Shown: positions 56,251 through 64,000 of the stretch, one piece after another
How the letters are laid out: every line of letters starts with the position of its first letter
How positions within the stretch are numbered: the stretch's first letter is position 1
Virus record (IMG/VR): IMGVR_UViG_3300021431_000075
Location: 384,001-448,000 of that record
Length of the DNA: 64,000 nt
From: a virus
Lineage: Duplodnaviria > Caudoviricetes
Strand: one strand, 5' to 3'
The notes under the pieces: generated by a model
Told to the model about the DNA's origin: nothing
Database searches by the model: none
The model's input: the letters and a program-made list of their open reading frames with translations, nothing else
Position numbers and translations under genes: made by a program

Positions 56251-56358
56251 AAAATACAACAATTGCAATTTTTCTATTTATCAAACGTTTGTTTTGATGC
56301 TAATTTCTTGATAATTGTCAAGAAAACAATCATTTTTTGCATTTTTGTGTTGTCAGTT

Positions 56359-56389
56359 TAAACTTTTTATAGACTTGCTTGTATAAATA
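56359..56389 (+). promoter_or_regulatory. Composite promoter: TAAAC-N17-GTATAA overlapping TATAAATA
   Basis: Both motifs are visible at the same position. Confidence 0.6.
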
Positions 56390-56533
56390 CATTAGAACGA
56401 TAAATTAGTTGGATTAGCAGACATTTTGTCTGTTTTTATTGTGCTTAAAGACTGTGTGCGCACACAGAGTATCAAAAAAGTTATTTATGTGCTTATTTTT
56501 CACAAAAATCATTATAAAAATAAAGTTTGGATT

Positions 56534-57016
56534 ATGAAAAAGATTATTTTTTCTGTTGTTTTGATGTTGGTAATGTCAAGCAGCGATTTGAACTCAGCGA
56601 ATGTTAATTATAATGATGACAATTTGACTTCAAGAATTGAATTTCTTTCTAATTCGATTTTGAAATCCCAGGATTCTTCTGTGAATCCGTACTCACTGGA
56701 CTTCAATAAGAACTTCGATTTGATTAGAAGTTTTTTAAGACTGGATGAACATCAGTCAAGTTTGTTGCATCAACTTCATATTGACATAAAGAACGAGTTC
56801 GAGAAACTCTACGGAATCAATGATAAGTCTGTCAGGGAGAAGACGTTCAATAACATCATATCGTTCTGGAGAAGAATGTCAAGCATGATGATTGTTGATA
56901 TGACAAACGACGAGACGGAAGAGATTTCAAGAATGATATATCGAGAATATTGGGCGCTTGTAAGCGTGACTGTTAGCAATAGCAAGATCATTGACGAGTT
57001 TGGTCATGTAAATTAA
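56534..57016 (+). CDS. Exported protein with signal peptide (Bacteroidota-like)
   Basis: MKKIIFSVVLMLVMSS signal peptide; ATG 56534 preferred over 56426. Confidence 0.75.
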   Translation: MKKIIFSVVLMLVMSSSDLNSANVNYNDDNLTSRIEFLSNSILKSQDSSVNPYSLDFNKNFDLIRSFLRLDEHQSSLLHQLHIDIKNEFEKLYGINDKSVREKTFNNIISFWRRMSSMMIVDMTNDETEEISRMIYREYWALVSVTVSNSKIIDEFGHVN

Positions 57017-57145
57017 GAGAGAAACAGAAAGAAATTAAATTGAAAAACGTTTAATTATAATTAGACATTCGCTGTGTGAGAAATCCACTGGTTCGGTCAT
57101 TGAGATGAAAATCTCTTTTGACTGGTTTCCAGCGGATAATTTTTT

Positions 57146-57173
57146 TAAACCAAATATGAATAATGTTGTATAC
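57146..57173 (+). promoter_or_regulatory. Phage promoter TAAAC-N17-GTATAC upstream of clpP
   Basis: Exact motif and spacing. Confidence 0.8.
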
Positions 57174-57200
57174 TTAATTAGGTTTTTTAATTTATAAAGT

Positions 57201-57944
57201 ATGAACGATAGGATTTTTGAAGATTTCAGAAAGTTTGCAACAAACCAGAAGTTTAACGGTCAGTATATGACTGGTGATTTTCTTGATGATTACAGAAAGC
57301 ATGGCATAAGCGATTATATAACTCCGTATGTCATCGAGCATTCAAGAGACAACGGCGTGTCAATAGACATTTTCTCCCGCCTCATCAGGGATAAGATTAT
57401 ATTTTTGGGCGATGAGATTGATGACAATCTTGCGAATGTGATTTCTGCGCAGCTTTTGTTCTTGAAGAATGAGAATAGCGAGTCTGATATTTCTTTGTAT
57501 TGCAATAGTCCGGGCGGTAGCGTATATGCCGGCATGGAAATTGTAGCGACAATGCATTATATTCCTAATAAGATTCAGACAGTTTGTCTTGGACTGTGTG
57601 CGTCAATGGCATCAGTTATTCTTGCATGTGGAGATTACGGCAACAGGTTCATCCAAAACACTGGAACAGTTATGATTCATCAGCCGATTACCGGAGTTCA
57701 GGGACCTGCTGCTGATATACAGATTGTTTCTGATGAAGTTAATCGTCTGAAGAAAGAGTTGTTCAATATATTAGCAGACCGCACAGGACATACATATGAT
57801 GACATCTGTACGATAGCCCAGAGAGACAACTGGATGTCTGCGCAGGATGCTCTTGCTTTCAATATCGTTGATGGTATTCTTCCGACTAATCCAGCAAAGA
57901 TGATTAAGTATGCAGACTGGAAAAAGAGCAAAAATGATGAATAG
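57201..57944 (+). CDS. clpP: ClpP protease proteolytic subunit
   Basis: DIFSRLIRDKIIFL, NSPGGSV, GLCASMAS (Ser), MIHQP (His), RDNWMSA (Asp). Confidence 0.93.
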   Translation: MNDRIFEDFRKFATNQKFNGQYMTGDFLDDYRKHGISDYITPYVIEHSRDNGVSIDIFSRLIRDKIIFLGDEIDDNLANVISAQLLFLKNENSESDISLYCNSPGGSVYAGMEIVATMHYIPNKIQTVCLGLCASMASVILACGDYGNRFIQNTGTVMIHQPITGVQGPAADIQIVSDEVNRLKKELFNILADRTGHTYDDICTIAQRDNWMSAQDALAFNIVDGILPTNPAKMIKYADWKKSKNDE

Positions 57945-57950
57945 TTGACC

Positions 57951-58532
57951 ATGGGAAAGGTTTATTTCCGCACTGGACCGATGAACTGCGGAAAGTCAAT
58001 GCATCTGATTGCTGCTGTCTATAATTTCAGAGAGCGTGGCATTGAAGTGGTTGTCATCAAGCCGTCAATAGACACGAGAGATGGCGGAGTCATCAAGAGC
58101 AGAGCTCTGAACACGACTCTTGACGTTATATCGTATAAAGCAGAAGACAACATCTATGACGACTTGAAGGATAAGGTTTCTGAAAATACTTGGGTTGTTT
58201 GTGACGAGAGCCAGTTCTTGACTGCTGAACAAGTCAATCAGCTTGCAAGACTTGCAGATGATGTCGGTTTGAATGTGATTTGCTATGGTCTCAAGACAGA
58301 TTTCAATACAAATCTGTTCCCAGGTTCCAAGCGACTTCTTGAAATAGCGGACACGATAGAAGAGTTGAAATCAACTTGCAGTTGCGGAAGAAAGGCGATG
58401 ATTAATGCACGAGTTGATTCATCCGGAAATATTGTAACAGATGGACCTCAGATTGAATGTGGCGGAAATGAGAAATATTTGACTCTATGCAGGAAATGTT
58501 ATTATCAAAAGTTAAAAGAGCAGGAATGTTAA
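57951..58532 (+). CDS. tdk: Thymidine kinase
   Basis: GPMNCGKS, DESQFL, YGLKTDF, LFPGS, CSCG, LCRKCY. Confidence 0.95.
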   Translation: MGKVYFRTGPMNCGKSMHLIAAVYNFRERGIEVVVIKPSIDTRDGGVIKSRALNTTLDVISYKAEDNIYDDLKDKVSENTWVVCDESQFLTAEQVNQLARLADDVGLNVICYGLKTDFNTNLFPGSKRLLEIADTIEELKSTCSCGRKAMINARVDSSGNIVTDGPQIECGGNEKYLTLCRKCYYQKLKEQEC

Positions 58533-58548
58533 CAGGTTCCTGCTCTTT
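58515..58548 (+). terminator. Intrinsic terminator overlapping the tdk stop
   Basis: AAAGAGCAGGAA...TTCCTGCTCTTT. Confidence 0.75.
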
Positions 58549-58731
58549 GTTTCAATGAAATAAATAAAAAGTTAGAAGTCAATCTTATTTAATTTTGTAA
58601 TTTTTGTTAGATAAATAGTCAAATATTAAAGAAATTCAACAAAACAGCAGAACAAATGAAAATGACTCACAACATTAAGAAAATGACTATGTCATACTTC
58701 AGATAAATAGAAAAAGGAAGGTTAGATACTA

Positions 58732-58898
58732 CCGGATATGAATGCGGGTGGCTTCGCGGGACGCGTTGGAATGCAGCCGTGCGGCTATACTTGCAAGGGG
58801 ATTCGGAAAGTCTGCCGACTTGAAACCTCTGATTTTCTATTAGGTTAGAAAGTTTCGCTGGGAATTCGTTTCCGGACTTTACAGAAGAGTATTCTGTA
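58732..58898 (+). ncRNA. Candidate multi-branch structured ncRNA
   Basis: GC-rich intergenic island with closing stem 58732-58743/58864-58875 and 4-5 internal stems; GATAAATA at 58702-58709. Confidence 0.55.
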
Positions 58899-58952
58899 TG
58901 TTACATTTGTCTGCATAGATAATGTATGTACTAAAATATCTTATAATAGAAC

Positions 58953-59639
58953 ATGTCACTATTTGATGAAATAGAGTTCGAAGACGACATTTTAAGTTAT
59001 GAAGAGGAACATTTGCTTTTTGTCGGAGATCTTGTTTTGTACGAGATTCCGACAGACCGCTTTTATATAGCATCATATAGCGCTTTTGCTTATTCACCTT
59101 CTATTGCGCTTGACAACAAGGACAATCAGATAGTTATGGGTGTTTCTTTGACTGAAGCAGACTTGAAAGATGAGATTGTTTATAGTGATGTATTGATGAT
59201 GAACTTCTTGCTTGCAGAGCCTTTGAAACTGCCGTTTATGTATTATGGAAAAGATAAGCGTCCTTATATTCAGGCATATGTCAAGAATCAGTTCAAGATA
59301 TATGTTAATAAGTTCAGGAAGGAATGTCCGGACTATGAGAAGATAAAGACGTTGAAGATATATATGCCGAGAATTGACGACTTGAAGAAGTTCAAGCACA
59401 ATAAAGATTCTTATAGTTGCATAAGCGATTATCTTGGAAATGAGCCTGTTGATAAGTTCAGGGAACGACTTGAAAAGAGCAAGGTCTATGCATTGGACAA
59501 GAATAATAATCTATGCAGATTCATTATGAATTCTGAATGTCCGGAAGAAAAGGAAGTTGAAGAACTTGATTATGACACCTGTGAGTTTTTGTGTGTGTTC
59601 CGTGATGTTGTTGTCCGCAAGCAAGGTGACTTGTATTGA
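58953..59639 (+). CDS. Hypothetical protein with acidic N-terminus
   Basis: 228-aa ORF, MSLFDEIEFEDDI. Confidence 0.8.
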   Translation: MSLFDEIEFEDDILSYEEEHLLFVGDLVLYEIPTDRFYIASYSAFAYSPSIALDNKDNQIVMGVSLTEADLKDEIVYSDVLMMNFLLAEPLKLPFMYYGKDKRPYIQAYVKNQFKIYVNKFRKECPDYEKIKTLKIYMPRIDDLKKFKHNKDSYSCISDYLGNEPVDKFRERLEKSKVYALDKNNNLCRFIMNSECPEEKEVEELDYDTCEFLCVFRDVVVRKQGDLY

Positions 59640-59714
59640 GCGTTTGCAAGTTCAGCGGCTTGTGATCAATCGCAAGAAAATAAATATAATATATAAAATG
59701 TTTTTGTTGGAAAC

Positions 59715-60263
59715 ATGCAAAACACTAAGAATAAGGATAACTATTATTTCAACTGGAAGAATGTACATGGACTCACTTTCATAGATAGGGACAATGGAAA
59801 TCATCTTGTCAAGTACAAGGGTAAGACATACAGGTACAGAGATATTATCAATGCGTATGAATTGACGGAATCACAGTTCCGGGATGTTGATGGGGTTGAG
59901 CTGAAGTATGTTCTTGAAAACAATTTCATCAAGCCCGTCAAGACAGAGATGCTGAACGAGAGTAGGTATGACTGGAACCATATCGATCCGATAACCGGAA
60001 TGCCGAAGATGAAAACAAGACCTGAGGATGCTATAGAGTTGATGAGCAGAATGCCGGCAAGAAGTTGCTGGATAACTTTGCTTCAGAACAGGGTTAATTT
60101 GAACAGTGTCGGAAACGTAAGGTTCAAGAGGGATGTTTGGTTTGACAGGACTGACCGTACAGTCAGTTCGGACAAGAGCAAGGAAGATGCTGTGTTCTTT
60201 AGAGAAGCAAGGCTGTCCGACGGCTCGTATCCGCACGGATGGATTGCATGCGATAAAAGATAA
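59715..60263 (+). CDS. Late hypothetical protein
   Basis: AATAAATA at 59679-59686; internal LNE-S. Confidence 0.75.
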   Translation: MQNTKNKDNYYFNWKNVHGLTFIDRDNGNHLVKYKGKTYRYRDIINAYELTESQFRDVDGVELKYVLENNFIKPVKTEMLNESRYDWNHIDPITGMPKMKTRPEDAIELMSRMPARSCWITLLQNRVNLNSVGNVRFKRDVWFDRTDRTVSSDKSKEDAVFFREARLSDGSYPHGWIACDKR

Positions 60264-60289
60264 AGATTGCAATTGGGAAATAAAATTAA

Positions 60290-60323
60290 AAATGCTCTTT
60301 GAAAATCAATTCAAAGAGCATTT
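60290..60323. terminator. Bidirectional terminator
   Basis: AAATGCTCTTTGAA...TTCAAAGAGCATTT between convergent genes. Confidence 0.75.
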
Positions 60324-60345
60324 GATTTTATATATGTTGATGTTT

Positions 60346-60744
60346 TTAATAAACAGTTTCGCCCCAGTCAACGAAGATTGTGTCCGCGTTGGCTCCTGTT
60401 CCGATTGACACGTTGTCCGTGTTCTGCTCTTGATCATCAACTGACTTGATGACAAGGGTGTAGTTGCCGTCTGAACCTTCTTCAACGCGTGCAGTATATG
60501 AAACACCGTCGATAACAGTATCCGTGAAGTACATGGTTCCGTTGTTTGCAACCTGAATGAAGCGGTCTCCGATATCCTCGAAGTAAACCCAGCATGGACC
60601 GTCCTTGTCGAATCTGTCTGTTTTTGGAGGATCTACTCTTGAACCGGAGTTGTGTATATATGCGATAAGCGGAAGGTTTGTATCGTCTGTCTGAAGATAA
60701 GCAAGATAAGCATCCCAGTCCGCGAATTTTCTTAGGTATTTCAT
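60346..60744 (-). CDS. Late small protein, paralog of 60786-60980
   Basis: MKYLRKF...NSGSRVD...DGPCWVY; minus-strand GATAAATA at 60772-60779. Confidence 0.8.
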   Translation of the reverse strand: MKYLRKFADWDAYLAYLQTDDTNLPLIAYIHNSGSRVDPPKTDRFDKDGPCWVYFEDIGDRFIQVANNGTMYFTDTVIDGVSYTARVEEGSDGNYTLVIKSVDDQEQNTDNVSIGTGANADTIFVDWGETVY

Positions 60745-60785
60745 TCGTTTAAAATGACTCTTTTTATATTATATTTATCTTTCTG

Positions 60786-60980
60786 TTAGTTGATTTCTCT
60801 GTTATCGTTATCAACAGTATAAATCCAGCACGGTCCATCCGGTTTGTACTTGTCTGGACTCGGCGCGTCAACTCTTGCGCCAGAATTCTCTATATATACG
60901 ACTGTTGGAAGCACTTTCGGATTCGTTCCAAGATACTCTTGGTATTTCTGCCAAGTTTCAAATCTCATTAGATATTTCAT
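60786..60980 (-). CDS. Late small protein, paralog of 60346-60744
   Basis: MKYLMRF...NSGARVD...DGPCWIY; minus-strand GATAAATA at 61004-61011. Confidence 0.8.
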   Translation of the reverse strand: MKYLMRFETWQKYQEYLGTNPKVLPTVVYIENSGARVDAPSPDKYKPDGPCWIYTVDNDNREIN

Positions 60981-61023
60981 CTATGATGAATGATGCCTTT
61001 AATTATTTATCAAAAACTTGTTT

Positions 61024-61719
61024 TTAAAGAACCAGTCGGTCGATTCCAGTTACCTTGTATATGAGCTTGAGTATCTCCTGTTTCAAGTCTCCTGTATAGT
61101 TGAGGAACGGGATATACTTGTGCTGCCATACTTCAAGCATCCGGATTTCATGAATAGACTTCGAGTTGTATGTTCTGTATATCATCCCGACATTCTTGAG
61201 ATTGCACTCTTTCTTTATGTGGTTGAAGAATGCGAGTTCAGTTTCCTTGTTCAGAAAGACCTTTGCCACGTTGTTAGATATTGGTGCCTGCTTGCTTGCA
61301 TACATGTCAAGGTTCTTTCTTGTGTAGAATTCCATATCAAGATTATGTAAAGTGTTGATAACCACTGCTCTTAACGCTGTGTTGCACAGATTGAGGTTTA
61401 TTCCACGGACCTGTTCCCGTTCAACATGCGTGACAAGAACAATCGGAAGCGAGTCATAGTACTCGAACTTGATAGTTCCGTCATCGTATACGCTCGGTTT
61501 CTCTGCTCTGTATATGAACGCGTATATTTGACCGGGATACAGCGTGCGGTTTCCGAACAGGCTTTCGCCGTCGTATTCGTCAATCTGCCTTGCCTTGTCT
61601 TTTCCGCGGACTTTCATCAGGAACAGAGTCTTTATAATCGAGTCGAATGATTTCTTCTCTTGCTCTTTCCAGTCTTCCTTTTCATGCTTCCTGCATTCGG
61701 TTATGAAACTGTAGTCCAT
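61024..61719 (-). CDS. DNA end-protector-like protein (T4 gp2-like)
   Basis: PGQIYAFIY, YYDSLPIVL, GINLN, IYRTY resemble the gp2 family pattern. Confidence 0.7.
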   Translation of the reverse strand: MDYSFITECRKHEKEDWKEQEKKSFDSIIKTLFLMKVRGKDKARQIDEYDGESLFGNRTLYPGQIYAFIYRAEKPSVYDDGTIKFEYYDSLPIVLVTHVEREQVRGINLNLCNTALRAVVINTLHNLDMEFYTRKNLDMYASKQAPISNNVAKVFLNKETELAFFNHIKKECNLKNVGMIYRTYNSKSIHEIRMLEVWQHKYIPFLNYTGDLKQEILKLIYKVTGIDRLVL

Positions 61720-61737
61720 CTTTTTAGTTCTGGTTGT

Positions 61738-64000
61738 TTAGTCTGAATTGAGAGGATCGATGACTTGCTGCGTCTGCTTTGCATTCGGCTTGAATATTCT
61801 CTCTATGTTCTTCTTGATGGTATGGTGGTTTGCCACTTTCTTTGCCTTTATTGCCGCTATGCTGACTTCAAGCTGTTTGTTCTCTCTCCTGAGGCGCTGC
61901 GAGTCGTTCTCGACTGTCTGCATCAGGCTTGACGCAAGTGAGTTTATCGGAAGCTCCATCAGAGCCTCTATCTTTGCATTGACTGTTGCTTGGATTGTCT
62001 TGAGCATGCCAATGAGCGGGGTGGTGATGCTGGCATACTGGTTTGACAGGTTGACGAACAGTACAATCGGCCAGACGTACATTCCGCGGACTGATATTCC
62101 GAACACGATGACGATGTCGAACAGCTTTATATATACGCATCCGATGCAGATGAATATGCACGGGAACGGAACGAGCCACACGAACGGCGGAATATCAAGA
62201 CCGCAGTTCAGGAACGGAATGCTGATGACAGTTGCAAGGGAGAAGTATCGTGCCCAGTACTTGAAGTCCTTGATTGAAGTCTCTCCTTCCTGCGGGTCGT
62301 CTTCCGTCGGTCCCAGGTCTCCGTCTTCCGGTATCGGGAACGTGTCCGGGATTTCCGGCGGCGACACGTCATAGTTCAGGTTTTCCGCATTCTCTTCCGG
62401 AAACTCGTATTCGTAGTCTTCTTCTTTCGGACTCTGGAAGAAGTAGTAGTCGTATGTCACATGACCAATCGTAAGCGGGGTCGATGAAGGCCATTCCGCA
62501 TATGAGTCGAACGAGTCGCTGATGCTTGTGACTTCTTTGATGCAGTCGTCCAGTTGTGTTCTTTCGTATTCTGCTATGGTCTCTTTCCAGAACTGCATGA
62601 TTTCTGCGCACTCTTGTTTGACAAGACCGTATATGTTCTTCTGCTCGTTCGTATATACATATTGCTCCGACTGCTTGTAACTGTAGCAGAACATGTATAT
62701 GTTTGACAGCTGCTGGATTCCGTATTGCGTATAGTCATCCGCCTGTGCCTTGTTCTGGTGTTCTGTTATCCATCCGATGATGTCGCTGTATTCAAGTTCC
62801 TTTGTTCTTGCGACGCCTTTCATCGCGTTGTCTATTTGTCTGAATGGATTTGCAAGCGTTCTGTTCACGATGCTATTGAACTTGCTGTCAAATTCTTTCG
62901 CTATCGTGTCTATGCTGTAATGCTCAAGAGAAATTCTTGTTTCTATAATCTTCTTGATGAGGTTGTAGTACCGCTTCGCGTACTTGTTGTCCGTGTTCAG
63001 ATCCATCTTTGACAGAATAGCCATATAGTAGTTGTTGTAGTCATAGTCTGCTATTCTCGTGTATTTGTTCTCTGTATGCTTGTCCAAGAACTTGATGCTG
63101 TGCTCGTATGCAAGATACTTACAGTCGTCATAGTCAGGATCGTACTCGCAAAGGTCTATTGTGTTTCTGTATTCTTCATATGCATACAATATGTCTTTGT
63201 AGTACTGGTGTCTTCTGTCTATGATGCTGTAACCGAGTTTGTTGACGCTTTCCGTGTTTCCGTTAGTCGCCTTGACGTTCTCTACAGTTCCGATTTTTGA
63301 TATGTCCTCGCTGTATTTCTTTCTGATGCTGTTTACATATTCAAGATATTTTGCAAAGAGTTCCTGACCGTTCGGTCTTTCTTCTCTGATTGGAATAATA
63401 GCGATTGACTTGTACTTGTACTCTGTATGCCTTCTTGTGAGAATCCACGGCAGCAGGGACTCGCACAGGTTGTCTGTTATGAGCTGGTGCAGTTGCGCTT
63501 CCGCCTTGAACTTGTCCTGAATGGCGTTTATCATGTCTATGTCTATGTCGGGCGCGTCGCCGCCGTATGAGAAGTTGTCGATGATGATATGGCGTTTTGC
63601 TCCGGCTTTTGCATAGAGATGCTTGAAGTCTGTTCCTGCATCGTTTGCAAGCACGGTTCCTGCAGAGAATATGGAACGTATCTTCTTCTGGATGCCGTTG
63701 ATTGTTACGGTTCCTATGATGGTGTCTGATGTTATTGATTCGCCGGGCTTGACAAACAGCGTGTAGTCAACGTCTTGCGGATTCTGCAGTGACGGTGTCG
63801 CGAATTCTATGATTGCCTTGTTGGAACCGACAGTGTCGTCATCAAGGATTGCGGTAGTGATATCATCCAGATTCGCGTCGTTCAGAATTACTGAATTGTC
63901 ATACACAGTAGGTTCGGCAGACTCGCTGTCTGTCTTGTCAGTGTCGTCTATGCCGCTTTCAGACGGATCGCCGCCGGGAGATGTTTCGCCTGTCTCCTTA
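61738..64000 (-). CDS. Large hypothetical (probably virion) protein, 5' end outside the window
   Basis: The frame stays open from 63906 to the window edge; hydrophobic C-terminal segment and coiled coil. Confidence 0.75.
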   Translation of the reverse strand, partial: KETGETSPGGDPSESGIDDTDKTDSESAEPTVYDNSVILNDANLDDITTAILDDDTVGSNKAIIEFATPSLQNPQDVDYTLFVKPGESITSDTIIGTVTINGIQKKIRSIFSAGTVLANDAGTDFKHLYAKAGAKRHIIIDNFSYGGDAPDIDIDMINAIQDKFKAEAQLHQLITDNLCESLLPWILTRRHTEYKYKSIAIIPIREERPNGQELFAKYLEYVNSIRKKYSEDISKIGTVENVKATNGNTESVNKLGYSIIDRRHQYYKDILYAYEEYRNTIDLCEYDPDYDDCKYLAYEHSIKFLDKHTENKYTRIADYDYNNYYMAILSKMDLNTDNKYAKRYYNLIKKIIETRISLEHYSIDTIAKEFDSKFNSIVNRTLANPFRQIDNAMKGVARTKELEYSDIIGWITEHQNKAQADDYTQYGIQQLSNIYMFCYSYKQSEQYVYTNEQKNIYGLVKQECAEIMQFWKETIAEYERTQLDDCIKEVTSISDSFDSYAEWPSSTPLTIGHVTYDYYFFQSPKEEDYEYEFPEENAENLNYDVSPPEIPDTFPIPEDGDLGPTEDDPQEGETSIKDFKYWARYFSLATVISIPFLNCGLDIPPFVWLVPFPCIFICIGCVYIKLFDIVIVFGISVRGMYVWPIVLFVNLSNQYASITTPLIGMLKTIQATVNAKIEALMELPINSLASSLMQTVENDSQRLRRENKQLEVSIAAIKAKKVANHHTIKKNIERIFKPNAKQTQQVIDPLNSD

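Noticed and set aside
57201-58532. ClpP-thymidine kinase readthrough fusion (same frame, separated by one TAG)
   Set aside because: Both domains are complete on their own, TK has an ATG at 57951, and a shared frame has a 1-in-3 chance.
58796-58830. RNase P or tmRNA assignment for the structured island
   Set aside because: GGAAAGTC is only a partial RNase P match, the island is too short, and there is no tRNA-like acceptor or T arm with CCA.
1-64000. TAG-to-Gln recoding as in Lak megaphages and some crAss-like phages
   Set aside because: Conserved genes, including late ones, are full-length in the standard code, and TAG terminates many at their natural ends (thg1, RNA ligase, gp4-like, clpP).
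1-64000. CRISPR array, tRNA genes, or DGR template/variable repeats
   Set aside because: No regularly spaced repeats, clear cloverleafs or reverse transcriptase seen by eye. tRNAscan-SE would be needed to be certain.

Overview
This is a 64-kb segment of a large T4-like (myovirus-type) jumbo phage genome in the standard genetic code. The host is very probably a Bacteroidota such as Prevotella or Bacteroides, judged from TTTG-N19-TAnnTTTG promoters, a Bacteroidetes-type OmpA and lipoproteins, and anaerobic NrdDG. Replication and nucleotide genes: nrdD 3' end, nrdG, clamp-loader subunits, UvsW, an SF1 helicase, thyA, dut, tdk and a DEDDh exonuclease. Virion genes: tape-measure-like, gp5-like, gp4-like and gp2-like. 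Host-takeover genes: Thg1, RNA ligase, MetK, IF-1, GrpE, ClpP, an FNT channel, a GT10 fucosyltransferase, TelA, phosphoesterases and a type IIG-like nuclease-methyltransferase. Reading the intergenic DNA shows three promoter classes: host-type, a rigid TAAAC-N17-GTATAC motif, and T4-like late (A/G/T)ATAAATA. A dispersed set of late genes encodes otherwise unrelated proteins sharing an N-terminal [LIV]NES...DEVxD leader, a candidate capsid-cargo and prohead-protease tag; a related LNEA site occurs on the R-M enzyme. There are also two candidate structured ncRNAs and a small lipoprotein packed with Bacteroidota O-glycosylation sequons. All calls are by-eye motif recognition; no searches were run.
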